From Lama guanicoe (Eukaryota), in the NCBI GenBank assembly GCA_013239625.1, contig MU053561.1, forward strand, positions 1,469,520 through 1,533,519: DNA of 64,000 nucleotides, read 5' to 3'. Both the position numbers and the translations under genes were made by a program. This document shows, in pieces, positions 1 to 13,420 of the stretch; the first letter of the stretch is position 1; every line of letters begins with the position of its first letter. The notes under the pieces are model-generated. The model did no database searches and was not told the origin of the DNA. It worked only from the letters and a program-made list of their open reading frames with translations.

Positions 1-309
1 CTCTGGACCATTCCAAGGAGAGTATTTCTGGATTCAATGTCAGATAATATTTTCTTAAACACCATCAGTTATTTAAATCCCAGTAAATTTTCTATTTAAA
101 ATCAATCCAAGTAAACATTTTTTCAGGACTCAGCATTGTCATAGTCGTATTCTCTTTGGCCATTCTGGAATCATGTGATAGGTTTTATGACTCCTCATCT
201 TAAAAATGAAAGAATTAGACTACTATGTTTTTCCACAAACACACTCTTTATGTATTTTACAAAAACAGTTTATTAAATACCTGTTAAATCATGTTTTACA
301 CATAATATT

Positions 310-852
310 TAACAGCGATTCTTCTGCTGAAAACCCTTCTCTGGCTTCTGTTTCACTTAAGATAAAATACAAAATCCATTAAGTGGTCCACTAGGCTACA
401 CATCCTTTCTCCCTTTTAGCTCTACCTGGTGGCATTGTTTTCATTTTGTTCATGTTCTTCAGACTGTTTGTGGAAACTCAGTCATTCTTCAGCACAGTTG
501 AACAGATCGTTCCCTCAGCATCAGATTGTTCCCTCTGCCCAAGTTATCACCCTACCCCATTGCTACTCTACTTCTCTCTCTTAACTACACTAATTCCTAC
601 TCATCCCTCATATCTCAGCCCCAAAGCTACTACCTCAAAGATCCTTTTCACGTCAACTCACATATATTTATTTATTCATTTGATTATTGGTATCTGTGCT
701 CTCAAGCAGAGAGAATAGAAGCTTCATGAGGCCAAGAACCATGACTCCTTGGTTCTCTACCAAATGCCTACCTCACAGCATAGTGTCTTGTATATAGTAA
801 ACATTATATAGATACTTGTTAAAGGAACAGATGAATGAATGAATAAAGAATG
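310..852 (+). mobile_element. L2 LINE 3' fragment
   Basis: Ends in a typical L2 tail (cacagcatagtgtcttgtatatagtaaac...atacttgttaaagg...atgaatgaatgaataaag); upstream is L2-like C/T-rich sequence. Confidence 0.65.
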
Positions 853-877
853 GTTACAAGATAAGAATGATACATTG

Positions 878-985
878 TTTTTATCACCATTTTACAAATT
901 AGGAAAACTGAGTTTTGGAGAAATTAAATAATTTGTTTACTTAGCTCATGAATGGGAGTCAGAATTGAAATTCACATCTGTCCAT
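878..985 (-). mobile_element. MIR SINE fragment
   Basis: Reverse MIR core 'ccattttacaaattaggaaaactgag...gaaattaaataatttg'. Confidence 0.6.
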
Positions 986-1817
986 TATCTCTTTTTCCCT
1001 ATACTGCTACTGTAAACTCCCTTCACGTTCTAACAACTTATGATTATTTGATCTATAATCTTCTTCATGAGACAATAGGTGGGGAAAATAATGGTATTAG
1101 TTGTTTTTCTTAGAACTTTTTTTCAGACATTAAATTATGTGTCTTGGAGGAGTTGCAGAGGGGTGGGAATGGCTTGTGGTTTGGAGAAAGGGAGGGGTAG
1201 ACTTTATGAGCCACACAGCCACCAGAGACAGCACCTGGAACAGAAGAGAGTTTTTGCCCACACACTGAGTATCTGGCTTCCAGATGGATCTTGGGCACAC
1301 ATTTGTTTTTGTAATTTTCCCCCTCCTCATCATCTCTTCATCCACCACCCTCCTTTCAGAGGAATTTAAGGAAGGGCTTTGTGCCTCCTTTTTCCTTCTT
1401 CAACCCCACCCTCTCTTTATTTTCCACAAACAGTGACCAGCAGTGACAGGCCTTTCGTGCACTTGGAATCATAGAGGAATCGAAATCCAACTGATTCACT
1501 CAGCACCATTCAGCCTAGACACCTGGTTGTTTCTGCAGCTTTGAGGTAGATAGAGCCTGATCTGTTTAGTTAGGACAGTAGTGGCTCAATTCATCTGCTC
1601 CAACCAACCAGAAGTTCTCTGTGTTGAACTGTGCTTATGTGTCCAGTGGTCTCTAGGTACTCCCTGGAGGATGCAGTGTTGACCAGTTCTGTTGTGATAG
1701 GCCAGAGGACTCCTGTCTTAATAACAAAAGCCACCCTCTAACTTAGGGAGCATGTCTCTAGACATTTTTTGGCCTTCTATTCAGCCATTTCAATAACTAG
1801 CAAAAGATTTCTAGATC

Positions 1818-2155
1818 TTTTTAATAGACTATTTTTAGAGCCGTTTTTGGTTCACAGCAATATTCAACAGAAGATAGAGAGATTTCAGATATACCTTGTG
1901 CCCCTACATATGTGGAACCTCCCCCACTATCAGCACCCCACAACCTTAGTGGTACACATTTGTTACAGCTGATGAACCATCATTACAGCATCACTGTCAA
2001 CCAGAGTCATTAGTATAGGTTAGTGTTCACTCTTGGTACTGTACTTTCTATGAGTTTGGACAAATATATAACCTATATCCACCATTGTAGTATCATACAG
2101 AGTAGTTTCATTGCCTGAAAAATCCTTTATGCTCTTCTGTTCATCCCTCCCTCCA
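1818..2155 (-). mobile_element. L1MC-like 3' UTR fragment
   Basis: 'tttttagagccgtttttggttcacagcaatatt...ggtacacatttgttacagctgatgaacc...agtatcatacagagtagtttcattgcc' matches the recalled reverse L1MC 3' end. Confidence 0.75.
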
Positions 2156-2429
2156 TAATATTTTTTTCCAAAGGAAATCTTTAGACATTTTCAGAGAATA
2201 GTAATTGTCCCCATTCATTCTGTAAACTGAGGGCAGAGTCTAGGATAGTCCTGGCAGGGGTCTGTCTTCTATTATTATTCTTATTCTTCAGACAACATAC
2301 CTGTGCCAGATGAAAGTAGTTCTATAAATGGATCCAGGTACATCAGGAAACACATTCCCACTTGCATCAATCAGATACTTTGAGGAAGACACCTGCCTCC
2401 ATCTTTCTACATTAGCTGGGGTGTGGGAG

Positions 2430-3240
2430 GGATGACTCTACAAAGGTCAATGGAAGGTTGCAGCAAAGATGGTTTTTGTTGAACTATGTCTAGTCTTTGT
2501 TCTCACCATAATTGTTCAGGCTAAAAATACCAGAGCTAAAATTGAGAGTAGAAGAATATGGGATGTCAATTATTGTCCTCATTTGTTTATAAAGTAACGG
2601 AGAGTGAGAGATCCGTCCCTGTCTTCCTTTCAGCTTTACTGCTGTGGTAGATTGTTGTATATACTCATTGTTTCTCTGTGTGTAAAGATGATCCATCCCT
2701 TCCCTGTTGATGTTAGGCTTGGTTATGTGGCTTGCTCTGGCCGATAAAATATGAGCAGAAGTGATGTGTGCCACTTCTGAGAAAGAGTGTACAAGCCGCA
2801 ACACAGTATTCTCTTTTCTCTCTACCAATATCAATACCAATCTCTACTAGCAATATCTCTCAAAAGTGTTGTTCCTTCAGCCTGGAAAGAACGTAAGGTA
2901 GAGCAGAGCCACAGGTGATCTATAGTGGATATAGTTTGAGCAAAAACAAATGCTTGTTGTAAGTTAGTGAGATTTGGGGATTTTTTTTGTCATCACAACA
3001 TAGTTCAGTCTATGTTACCTGACCCAATTCACTTCTCTGAGCTTGATCTAAACTTAGATTTAGTTATATCAAACTGCAGGGGAACACACAGTACTCAAAG
3101 ACATTGAAGCCTCAACTCAAAAGATACTGAGAGTAGCCCTGCTACTCACATGAATGGCAATACCTGTAGCACTTGAGACTACTTAAAAAGTGTTCTGTTT
3201 AGGGGCTGAACCACATGTGACTGGTATGATTTCTAGATAT
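2430..3240 (-). mobile_element. Possible highly decayed Gypsy-type integrase fossil, interrupted by an MLT1 LTR
   Basis: Minus-strand peptides AIHVSS/GYSQYLL*G (~3100-3160) and DIPY...YGENKD...NKNHL (~2470-2570) resemble Gypsy integrase motifs (H.STGYSPY.LMFG; PY...GEGK.RTLHRNHL) in the expected order; very degenerate. Confidence 0.35.
2644..3023 (+). mobile_element. MaLR solo LTR (MLT1H/I/J-like)
   Basis: 'cttggttatgtggcttgctctggccgataaaatatgagcagaagtgatgtgtgccacttctgag' plus a terminal 'aaacaaatgcttgttgtaagttagtgagatttgggg'. Confidence 0.7.
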
Positions 3241-3789
3241 ACCACAAACTCATGTGCCAGCAAATCTATTTCTTTCATGTATTTCAAGTCAGTTTGTCCA
3301 ATCTGGGTTGCCAGGGAGTAGTCCTAACCCCACCATTTATCAAGGTCTGGCAGCAAAGCAAGGAAATTGCAGTGTCAAAAACAGGAACCGCAATGTGAGT
3401 AGGGACACCATGAAGTTAGCCAGGGTTGGAATAAGTTAAAGATTTTTAGGACTATTATACTATGTGGATAGAGAATAATTACAGAATCAGTTACTAGCCA
3501 TATTTCAAGAAGCGGGATTTCAACAAGGACTGGAATATTGAAATATAGAGCAGGAACAGCAAATAAGTAAAGCAAACATGTTTCTGTTGTGTTTCCATCA
3601 CTGGCCTAAATCCAAAGGAGATTCAGTGAAATAGAAATATGGTTCTGAAAACTGGAAGATTTCACAATCTACTTAGGGAGGTGGGTAAACCAAACTGTTA
3701 ACATATTGTTGAAATATAATACACGTACAGAGGAATACTTGTATCAAGACTACAGGGTAAAGATTTTTCACAAACTCAGTATATTCTGA

Positions 3790-4235
3790 GTAACCCCCCA
3801 AAACCACCCTCATGATTCTTTCCAATTCCCTCCTAAGGGTAACAATTATCCTGACTTCTAATAGCATAGATTAGTTTTGCTTGGTTTTAATCCATATACA
3901 GATATAATTCTACAGTATATATTATTTCATGTTTGGTTTCTGTGGTTCATTCTGATGTTAGTAAGCATCATTTGTATTGTCCAGTGTAGTTGTAGAGTGT
4001 TCATTCTCATTGCTGTATCATAGCCCATTGTGTAAAGATACCATACATATTTATGCAGTATTCTCTTGATGAGTATTCGGTAGTTTTCTATTTGGGCCTA
4101 TTATAATAGTGTTGAGGTGAAAATTCTAGTATGTGTCTTTGGTTAACATATATATGTATTTATGTTGTGTAAATGCCTAGGATTGAAATCATTGCATTAT
4201 AGGTCTTGGTAGTGGTTATGTGGAATCTTCCTATG
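3790..4235 (-). mobile_element. Old L1 (L1ME-like) 3' fragment
   Basis: 'gggtaacaattatcctgacttctaatagcatagattagttttgc...attctagtatgtgtctttggttaacata'. Confidence 0.65.
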
Positions 4236-4689
4236 TTTAGAAATGTAAGGCCACATTTGAGCTTAGAAAAAAAGATAAGATTATTAATATGTTCTACGGA
4301 CAAGGGACAGAGATAGTATGCGTGCCAGGTATTTGGCATTCCCAATATTGGACAATAGTTGAATTAGGTAATCAAATAAGTGGTTCCAAGTATAAAGTTA
4401 AGGAACAAGACAGGAAGCAGTTCTGAAAGTCATGGAGCAAAAGCCACACACACAAAAAAAGATTATTCTGTCTTCCCCAGTTCTCCCTTTTTTCTCTTCC
4501 TTTCTTTAGTGCAGATGGGCAGTATGGTTGTTTTGAGAGACTGTCAGTAATGGGACATGACTCCTAGTGTAACACACATTTCTCTAGGTGACATCAGCTT
4601 GGGTGACTTGGAATACAAGATATCAGCGAAGAGGACACCTGGGATGGGAGTTGAAAGTGGCTAGGTGTGAGTGTGTGTTTTAAACTAAA

Positions 4690-6451
4690 GTACTAATATT
4701 TAAAGTAGAGAATAATACATAATATAAAAACAATGGAGAAAATCAACAAAACAAAAAGTTCATTCTTTAAAAAGATCAACAAAATTGACAGATACTTAGC
4801 TAAATTGACTAAGAAAAAAGAAACAAACAAATTACCAAAATCAGGAATGAAAGAAGTAACAATCTTAAAGAAATGAAAAAGATTATAAAGGTATACTATG
4901 AGTGATTGATGCCAACAAATTAGGTAACTTAGATAAAATGGACAATTCTTAGAAGGACACATACTACCAAAACTCACTCCAGAAGAAATAGAAAATGTAA
5001 ACAGACCTCATTTTTTGAGGTCAGTATTGCCCTGGTACTAAAAACATGCAAAGTTATCATGAGAAGATAAAACTATGGACAAATACCCCTTATGAATATA
5101 GATTCAGATATCCCCAACAGAATACTAGCAAACTAAATCCAGCATCATTCAAAAAGGGCTATATACCATTATTTATTCCAGGAACACAAAAATCAATCAA
5201 TGACCTACATTTTACTGATGGAAGAAAGGATGAAAACCACATGGTCAACTCAATAGATGCAGAAAATGCATTTGACAAAATACAACACCTTCATTATAAA
5301 ACTACTAAAAACAAAACAAAACAAAACAAAAACTAGGGATAGAAGGGAAATTCTTCAACATGATGGAAGACCTCCAGGAAAGACACACAACAAAAATCAG
5401 GAACAAAACCAGTATGGTCTTATCACTTCTATTCAATATTGTATTGGAGATTCTAGTCAGGATAATTAGATAAGAAGAAGAAATGAAAGGCATCCAGATT
5501 GGAAAGGAAAAAGTGAAGCTATATCTGTAAATAATGTGATCATATATGGAAAAAAATCCTAAGGAATTCACTGGAAAAACTGTTAAAACTAAGAAACATG
5601 TCCCAAAAGATTGCAAGAAAGTGGACCATTATACAAAAATCTGTTATATTTCCATACAGAAGCAGTGAACAATCCAAAAGTGAAATTAAGTGAACAATTC
5701 CATTTGTAATAGCATCAAAGAGAAGAAAATACTTAGGAACAAATTTAAGGAAAGAAGTTTAAAACTACAAAACATTATTGGAGAAAGTTAAAAGATCTAA
5801 ATATATAGAAAGATATCCTATGGTCATGGATTGGAAGACCTAATAATATTAAAATGGCAATGCTCCTAAAATATGATGTCTGTAAAAATCTCAGATTCCC
5901 TATTTACAGAAATTGATAAACTGATTCCAGAATTCACATGGAAATTCAAAGAACCTGGAATAGCCAAAACAGAAAAAAGAGAACACAGTTGAAGAAGACA
6001 CATTTTCTGATTTCAAAGCTTATACATAGCTGCAGGACCCAAATGTGCTACTGGCTTATGATAGATATATAGATCAATTGGAATTGAGAGTGCAGAAATA
6101 AATCCTTCTGGTTATAATCAGTTGATTTTCAACAAGGATACTAAAACAATCCAAGGAGGAAAGAAAAGTCTTTCAACAAATAGTGGTGGGACAGACAGAT
6201 TTCCACATGCAAAAGAATGAGGTTGAATCCCTTTTTAGCATACACAAAATTAATAAAAAGTGAGTCATAGACATAAATATTAGAGTTAAAACTGTAAAAC
6301 TCTTGAAGGAAGATGTAAGAATAAATCTCAATGACCTTGAATTATTTCTTAATGACACCAAAAGCTGAAGTGACAAAAAATAGATAAATCGAACTTCATC
6401 AAATTAAAAACTTCTGTGCTGCAAATGATATCATCAAAAAAGTAAAAAGAC
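4690..6451 (+). mobile_element. Older L1 (L1MB-like) ORF2 region, part 1, decayed
   Basis: ORF2 RT peptide NHMVNSIDAENAFDKIQH in ORF 5046-5336; many stops and frameshifts; continues after 8230. Confidence 0.9.
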
Positions 6452-8217
6452 TCTTAACAATGAAATATCAGAAAAGGAAAGTAAAGAAACAATCCCTTTT
6501 AAAATCACATCCAAAAAAATATACTTAGGAATAAATCTGACCAAGGAAGTGAAAATTATATGTGGAGAACTACAAAACATTGATTAAGGAAATTAAAGAT
6601 GACTTAAAGAAATATAAAGATATCCCATGCTCTTGGATTGGAAGAATTAGTATTCATAAAATGACCATATTACCCAAAGTAATCTACAGATTTAATGTGA
6701 CCCCTATCAAATTACCTGGGACATTTTTCACAGATCTAGAACAGATAATCCTAAAATTTATACAGAATCACAAAAGACCCAGAATTGCCTAAGCAACACT
6801 AAAGAAAAAGAACAAAGTTGGAAGAATAACCCTTCCAGACTTCAGACAATAGTACAGAGATAACAGTAATCAAAACAGTATGATATTGGCACAAAAAGAG
6901 ACATATGGATAAATGGAACTGAATAGAGAGTCCAAAAGTAAACCCACACACTTATGGTCAATTAATCTTCAACAAAGGAAGCAAGAGTATACAATGGAGT
7001 AAAGATAGTCTCTTTAGCAAGTCGTGTTGGGAAAACTGGACAGCAGCATGTAAACCAATGAAGTTAGAACACTCACTTATACCATACACAAAAATAAACT
7101 CAAAATTGCTGTAAGACTTAAATACACAGCAAAAGAAACCATTAGCAAAACAACAACAGCAAAAAAACACCTACAGAATGGGAGAAAATATTTGCAAATG
7201 ATGTGACTGACAAGGCATTAATTTCTAGAATACATAAACAGCTCATACAACTTAACAAGAAAAAAACAAACAACCCAAACCAAAAGACCTAAACAAGCAA
7301 TTCTCCAATGAAGACATACAAATGGCCAATAGACACATAAAAAATGCTCAATATTGCTAATTACCAGAGAAATGCAAATCAAACTACAATAGGTATCATC
7401 TCACCCAGGTCAGAATGGCCATCATTCAAAAGTCCACAAACAATAAATGCTGGAGAGGGTGTGGAGAAAAGGGAACCCTCCTACACGGCTGGTGGGAATG
7501 TAGTATGGTGTAGTCATTATGGAAAACAGTATGGCGATTTCTTAAAAAACTAAAAATAGACTTACCATATGATCCAGCAATCACACTCCTGGGTATGTAT
7601 TTGGAGGGAACTCTAATTTGAAAAGATACATGCACCCTAATGTTCATAACAACATTATTTACAATAGCTAAGATGTGGAAGCAACCTAAATGTCCATTGA
7701 CAGATGACTGGATAAAGAAGTTGTGATATATTTATATAATGGAATACTAATCAGCAAAAAAAAAAGAATTAAATAATGCCATTTGCAGCATGGACCTGGA
7801 GACAGTCGTTTTAAACAAAGTAAGCCAGAAAGAGAAAGAAAAATACCATATGATATCACTCTAATGTAGAATCTTAAAAAAATAAATAAAGATACAAATG
7901 AGCTGATTTACAAAACAGAAACAGACTCACAGACATAGAAAACAAATTTATGGTTACCAGAGGGAAAAGGGAGCAGGAAGGGGTAAATTGGGAGTTTGAG
8001 ATTTGTGGATACTAATTACAATATATAAAATAGATAAACAACAAATTTCTTCTGTATAGCACAGGGAGCAATATTCAATATCTTGTAGTAACCTATAATG
8101 AAAATAAAAAAGAAAGTAAAAAGGTATATATGTGTATATATGTATGACTGAAACATTATGCTGTACACTGGAAATTGGCACAACATTTTATACTGACTAT
8201 ACTTCAATTGAAAAAAG
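6452..8217 (+). mobile_element. Younger 5'-truncated L1 (ORF2 C-terminus plus 3' UTR) nested in the older L1
   Basis: ORF2 peptide [28 protein letters not shown] (6562-6792); 3' UTR with A-tail; 13-bp TSD aaagtaaaaagac at 6439-6451 and 8218-8230. Confidence 0.95.
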
Positions 8218-8230
8218 AAAGTAAAAAGAC

Positions 8231-9072
8231 AGTTCATGGAATGTGAGAAAATATTTGAAACTTTCATATTGGATTAGGACTAATATGTAGAATATGCAAA
8301 GAATTCTTACAGTTTAGTAATAAAAAGGCAAGTAACCCAATTAAAAATGCTCATTAGCCATTAAGGAAACACAAAATAAAGCCATAGTGAGACCACTTCA
8401 CACCCAGTAGGATAACTACGATAACAAAGACAAAAGTGTTGAGGAGATGTGGAGAAATTTTAACCCTCATACACTGATGGTGTGAATGTAAAGAAAGCAG
8501 GTCCTCAGAAACTTAAACATGGATGTTACCAAATGATCCAGCAATTGACTACCCCCCAAATTGAAAACATGTGTCCACACAAAAACCTGGATGTTCACAA
8601 CAGCATTATTTGTAACAACCGAAAAGTGGAAAAAGCCCAGTGTCCGTCAGCTGATGATTGGATAAATAAATGTGGTATATCCATACAACGAAATATTATT
8701 TGACTATAAAAAAGAATGAAATATCGATATATACTATAGCATGTGTGAACCTTGAAAACATTATGTTACTTTAAAGAAACCTATGACAAAAGACCACATA
8801 TTGTGTAGTTCAATGTATATGGAATGTCCAGAGTAGGCAAATCTGTTGTAATGGGAGATTAGTGGTTACCTAGAGTGGGACTGGGGGTTGGAGGGGGATG
8901 GGGAGTGATTGCTAGTGGATTGAGGGTATTCTTTTTAGGATGAAGACAGTGTTCTAAACTTGGATTATGGTGATATTTGCACAACTTCTGAATATCCTGA
9001 AACCATTGTACACATTACATGGGTAAACGTTACAGTATGTAAATTGTATCTCAATAATTCAGTTTTTAAAAA
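8231..9072 (+). mobile_element. Older L1 (L1MB-like), part 2: ORF2 end and 3' UTR
   Basis: Resumes ORF2 sequence after the TSD; ends 'gtatgtaaattgtatctcaataattcagtttttaaaaa'. Confidence 0.85.
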
Positions 9073-10399
9073 GTGAAGCATAGTATTTAGAAAGCTGTTT
9101 ATGCAGAGGAGAAACAAAAGTGCAATCACAGATAAAGGTGGAAGCAAATGCATTTTGTGTTAGAAACAGTTAATCTGATTTAATAGAGTCACATGGTTTC
9201 CAACTCACAGTACAGAAGTGGAGTCTTTGGTAAGGAGGTGCAAAACATATAGAACAGGGTACACAGTTTTTTTGCTGAGTGCAAATCTAATCTTTGTACT
9301 CAGCTCCAGGATTTCTGAAAGTCTTAAAGAACGATTACAGTTATTTTTTAAAAAAACTTTTCATAAATAAGCAGTTTTCTGCCCAAATCTGCCAAGCCTG
9401 CCTCTCTCCAGATGGCAGGCAGCAGGCTGGGCTGGGCTGATTCTAAAGCCTTTAGAAAGGCCCTTCTCTCTGCCCTTCACCACCTACACATCTTCCAAGA
9501 GCTGCCTGCTGCTCCTGGCCCCACAGTGAGGTCTCTATTTACGTCAGCCAGGACCAACCAGCCTCCTTGTTTGGGCAGACTGAGTTACACTTGGATCTTA
9601 ATTGAGGGGAGGTAGCAGAAAACCAGGAAAAAAAGGTCTTCATTGTGGGCCTGTGTTTCCAGGAGATGCTAAAGTTAAAGCAGGCAAGATGAAAATATCA
9701 ATGTTTCCATGCTACCCTAAGTAGAAGCCTTCTTACCTTTCCCAGCCTCCTTCTCTTTCATTTTTTTCCCCTTTCTCCTTCATATTTTGGCCTGAGATAT
9801 CTTGTTAATTTTTAAAGATTAACAGGCCATTTAGCATAAGAAGAGTGTGGCGCAGTTCACAGATGAATCAATTAATACCAAAACTTCACACTAAGACGAA
9901 AATCAAAGCTGTCTGTTTTATTGCTTAAAGTATCTGTGAGGGCTGGGCAGGAGGAAATTGGTATCTCATTAAAAAAATGAGAGAGTGAGGTAGAGAGGAA
10001 ACTGAAAGCTCGTTAAAAGTGGTGGAAAAGCCGTCTTAATTATACCTTTCCATTTGCTAACAAGAGGACATTTGTTATGAGTTCAGGACACTTTATCCCA
10101 AGCAAAACAAACAGAGTTAACGACCTTATTTTTGTCTTTTTAGCCAGTGGTGGCTCTGGAGTCCTGTTTCAAAATAAAGGTTTCACTGCGGGAAGTCAAT
10201 TAGCCCAGAGAATGCTGGCAAAGGGTCAACTGCTTTCGCTTTCCAAGATTGATTTGAGAGCTGCTACCCAACCTTTCACCTTGCCCCCATGTAAGGGGGA
10301 AGGTGGGCAAGAGTTCCTTATTAGTGCAAGAATCTTGTGTGTCTGGAGAGGCATTTAAAGTCCATGTTGAGAGTCATTCAGTCAGAAACAGTTATTGAA

Positions 10400-11075
10400 A
10401 GTATACTGCCCCTGTAAAGTATCAATTTTCTCTTCTGGAAGATGAAGATACTAATGACTTTATTGTTGTTGTGGTGATTAAATAAGATGTTACATCAGAA
10501 AACACCTCCAAGAAACTTTAATAACACTGGCTACAACTTATTGATGATTACTTGAGTCTAGTACACTCTCTTACTTAATTTTTACAATAAGCATACGTAG
10601 TGCTATGGTCTCCACTCTACGACTGGAAAAAAATTAGAAAAGTTATATGATTTCTACAAGGTCAGCCAGTAAGTAAGAGAGTGGGATTTGAATCCAAGTT
10701 TGTGTTACAATTTTTCATGAAAGGTCACGAATAAGATATGGCCTCTGACTTCAGGGCCTAGAGAGGAATGGAAACACACTTCAGTAATGAAGCAGAGTAT
10801 GATTAATGGCCAAAAAGATTTAATGTACTAAGGGAATTTAAAGAAAAGAGAGATTACTTTTGGCTAGAGAGTTATTCCAAGAGGCAGCAGCATAATGTCT
10901 AAGAGTATATACAGAATACTTGGTTCAAATCCCAGGTTTCTTATTATTTTTTCTCTCTGAGCTGACTTCAGTTATAACATGAGGATTGAAATACTACTTC
11001 CCTTTTAGATCATAATGAAGGTTGGGAAAAAAATGATGTCTATTAAACACTTATCAGTACCTGGTGAATAGCTTT
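10400..11075. mobile_element. Cluster of MIR fragments in both orientations
   Basis: MIR-like segments at ~10410-10500 (+), ~10540-10700 (-) and ~10885-11070 (+; 'cagcataatgtctaagag...ttggttcaaatcccagg'). Confidence 0.55.
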
Positions 11076-11281
11076 TTAAAAATCAGGGCATATTTCAGAC
11101 AAAGGGTAGTAGATTCAAAGTTTTGAAGGACAATAGGGTTTCAATAGAGACATGTAAGTTTGGAAGAAAGAAGTATTAGAATATTAAATATGCTGCAATA
11201 AAACTGTTTTTTACCTACTGAATTTATTTAAAAATCCATCAGAAGCATATCATTTTCTGAGCATGTCAAGCATGAGAACTG

Positions 11282-12830
11282 ATTCCAGGTTCGAATAGTG
11301 GTGGAGTAGCATTCATCAGGCTAACTTTACTGCCAATAGCACTTACAAACTCTGCACAAAATATAAGAATCCACTGTTATAAAGCACTGGAGAGTGACCA
11401 AAGGTTGAACTTTGAGAGAAGGGGACCCTGCTGATGAGATTCACACTTACAAGGCTTTTCTGCTGAGGGTAATCCCAATCCATGTGATGTTAAAGAGGAA
11501 GAACTCAAAGAGAAGACTGCAGTCGTTGTGACCTGAGGAGACAAAGAACAGAAGAGAAATCTAAAAAATAATGTGCTACAGTGGGAGAGTCCCCCAGATC
11601 TGCAAATCGTCTCCTCTCAAATCCTAAACTGACTCCTGAATTGTGCATGCTCAAGGGAAGACTCCAAATTAAAATCAGTAGCTAGAAGGCGGGTGGAGCT
11701 GAGCAGAGATTTCAGCCTTTCCAGTGCAGGGGAGGCCAAGGATTTAAAGTGTGAGTCCAGACAGAGAGGCTTGGACTTTCCATTGAAACCACGGAATGAC
11801 CGTGTTTTAGGCATAACAATTATGTCCTTTGACTAAAATACTGACTTTAAGACTAAGGGGGAAAACTTCTAAAGACTAATCTTTATGAAGTCTAAAATCA
11901 AGCCATCACAGAATAAAAGGGATCCACCAGTAATTTAACTGACTTCTAGAACAAAGTAAACTTATTCAGGAAAAACAACTGAATCTGGTCTGGACAATGT
12001 GACACATAATTGTTGGTATATAAGCAAAATTACTAGACATGTGAAGAAATAAGAAAATGTTATTTATAATCAATAGAAAAATCTAGCAATAGAAACAGAC
12101 TTATCAGTAATCCAGATACTGGAATTAGCAGGCACGAATTTAAAATAACTATGATAGACTTCTGCTACCAGCCAAGAGAGAGCAAAATGATCTCAATTAT
12201 CCTCTGATTGTAAACAACTAGAAAACTGGACCGAAAAAGAGGAAACTACTATAGATGGTGGACAACAGGACTGAGAAAAGGAAAAAAGTGAGTTGCACCC
12301 TATCATCACATAGGCTTTTTCTGCACATATTACCTGGATCGTGGTGTGGGGATCGCACACCCAAGTAGCATTCAACAATCTTGTAGAAGAGACAGAGAAC
12401 AGAGTTCAAGGATATCAGTGAAGCTGGAATTTGGGGCAGAAGCTTCAAGAAGAGGGATCTACTAAGAAAAAGTTCTGAAAGTCTTCATAGGGATCAAAAG
12501 GATAGTAGGGATCTCTTTGAGTATTTATCTGAATACTGATCTCTGCTTACATAGATTGAAATGCCACAAAGCCAGGAAAGAACAACTTCCAAGGAAAGAA
12601 AAAGCATCAGTTAACTGTAAGACTGACAATTGCAGAACTTCCTCAGGACTGATAATCATTTGAGTCCCCCCAGCCACTGTGGAAAAATCTCATTGAATAT
12701 ATGGAACATTCAGTAAAGATTACAGAAAAGCAATGACTTAAGTAGGACTAAATTATCCCTTGAGTAAAGATCACTCAAGATCTTCCCTTAAGAATCAAAA
12801 TAAACCTTGAAAGGACCAAATTGATTTGTC
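11282..12830 (+). mobile_element. Two consecutive old L1 5'-region fragments (~11282-12155 and ~12157-12830)
   Basis: Both start with L1M 5'-UTR-like openings ('ttccaggttcgaatagtggtggagtagc...' and 'acttctgctaccagccaagag...aacaactagaaaactggac'); the first reaches ORF1-proximal 'aaaattactagacatgtgaagaa'. Confidence 0.55.
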
Positions 12831-13420
12831 ATCCATTTAATTTCTACTGTATCTATGGTATATCCTTTTTCATTTAACTAGAGTTTATTTGCATTTTCTG
12901 TCATTTTTCTTTATGGTCTCAATATTTTCTTATCATCAGAGATTCATATTTTGTTAATCTTTTTAAAGAGTCAGCTTTGGTTTAATTTACTTTCTTTATG
13001 GCTTCTTTGTTTTCTTTTCCATTGATTTGTGTTCTTTATTAAAACTTCTCTTCCATCTCAGTTTTATTCTGTCATTCTTTGACTTAAAGTTGTATGTTAG
13101 CCCATTACTTTTTAGTATTTTTAAGTTTTCTAATATAAGCATTAATATTAAAGCTATAAATTTTCCTATAAATACTGCTTTAGCTGTATTCTACTTCAGC
13201 TATATTCTGCTTATTTTCTAAATTCTCTTATATCTTTGCTAACCTGTTATTTAGAAGTGGGTTTAAAAAATTTTTTTCTTTTTATCATTGATTTTTAACT
13301 TATTTGAATGGTAGTTAGACTGAGATCTGTACTGTACTCATTCCTGGAAATTATTGAGACTTGCTTTATAGACTAATATACGATTATTTAAAAAAAAATC
13401 TACGTGTGCTTTAAAAAATG
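12830..13420 (-). mobile_element. Old L1 ORF2 (endonuclease-proximal) fragment
   Basis: T-rich reverse L1 with 'aagctataaattttcctataaatactgctttagctgtat'. Confidence 0.65.

Noticed and set aside
2301..2415. Minus-strand open exon candidate (acceptor at 2416, donor CAG|GTATGT)
   Set aside because: The peptide is unrecognised, it adjoins the suspected Gypsy fossil, and there are no partner coding exons.
5046..7553. ORFs with RT/L1 ORF2 similarity as functional genes
   Set aside because: They are short fragments of truncated, frameshifted L1 copies.
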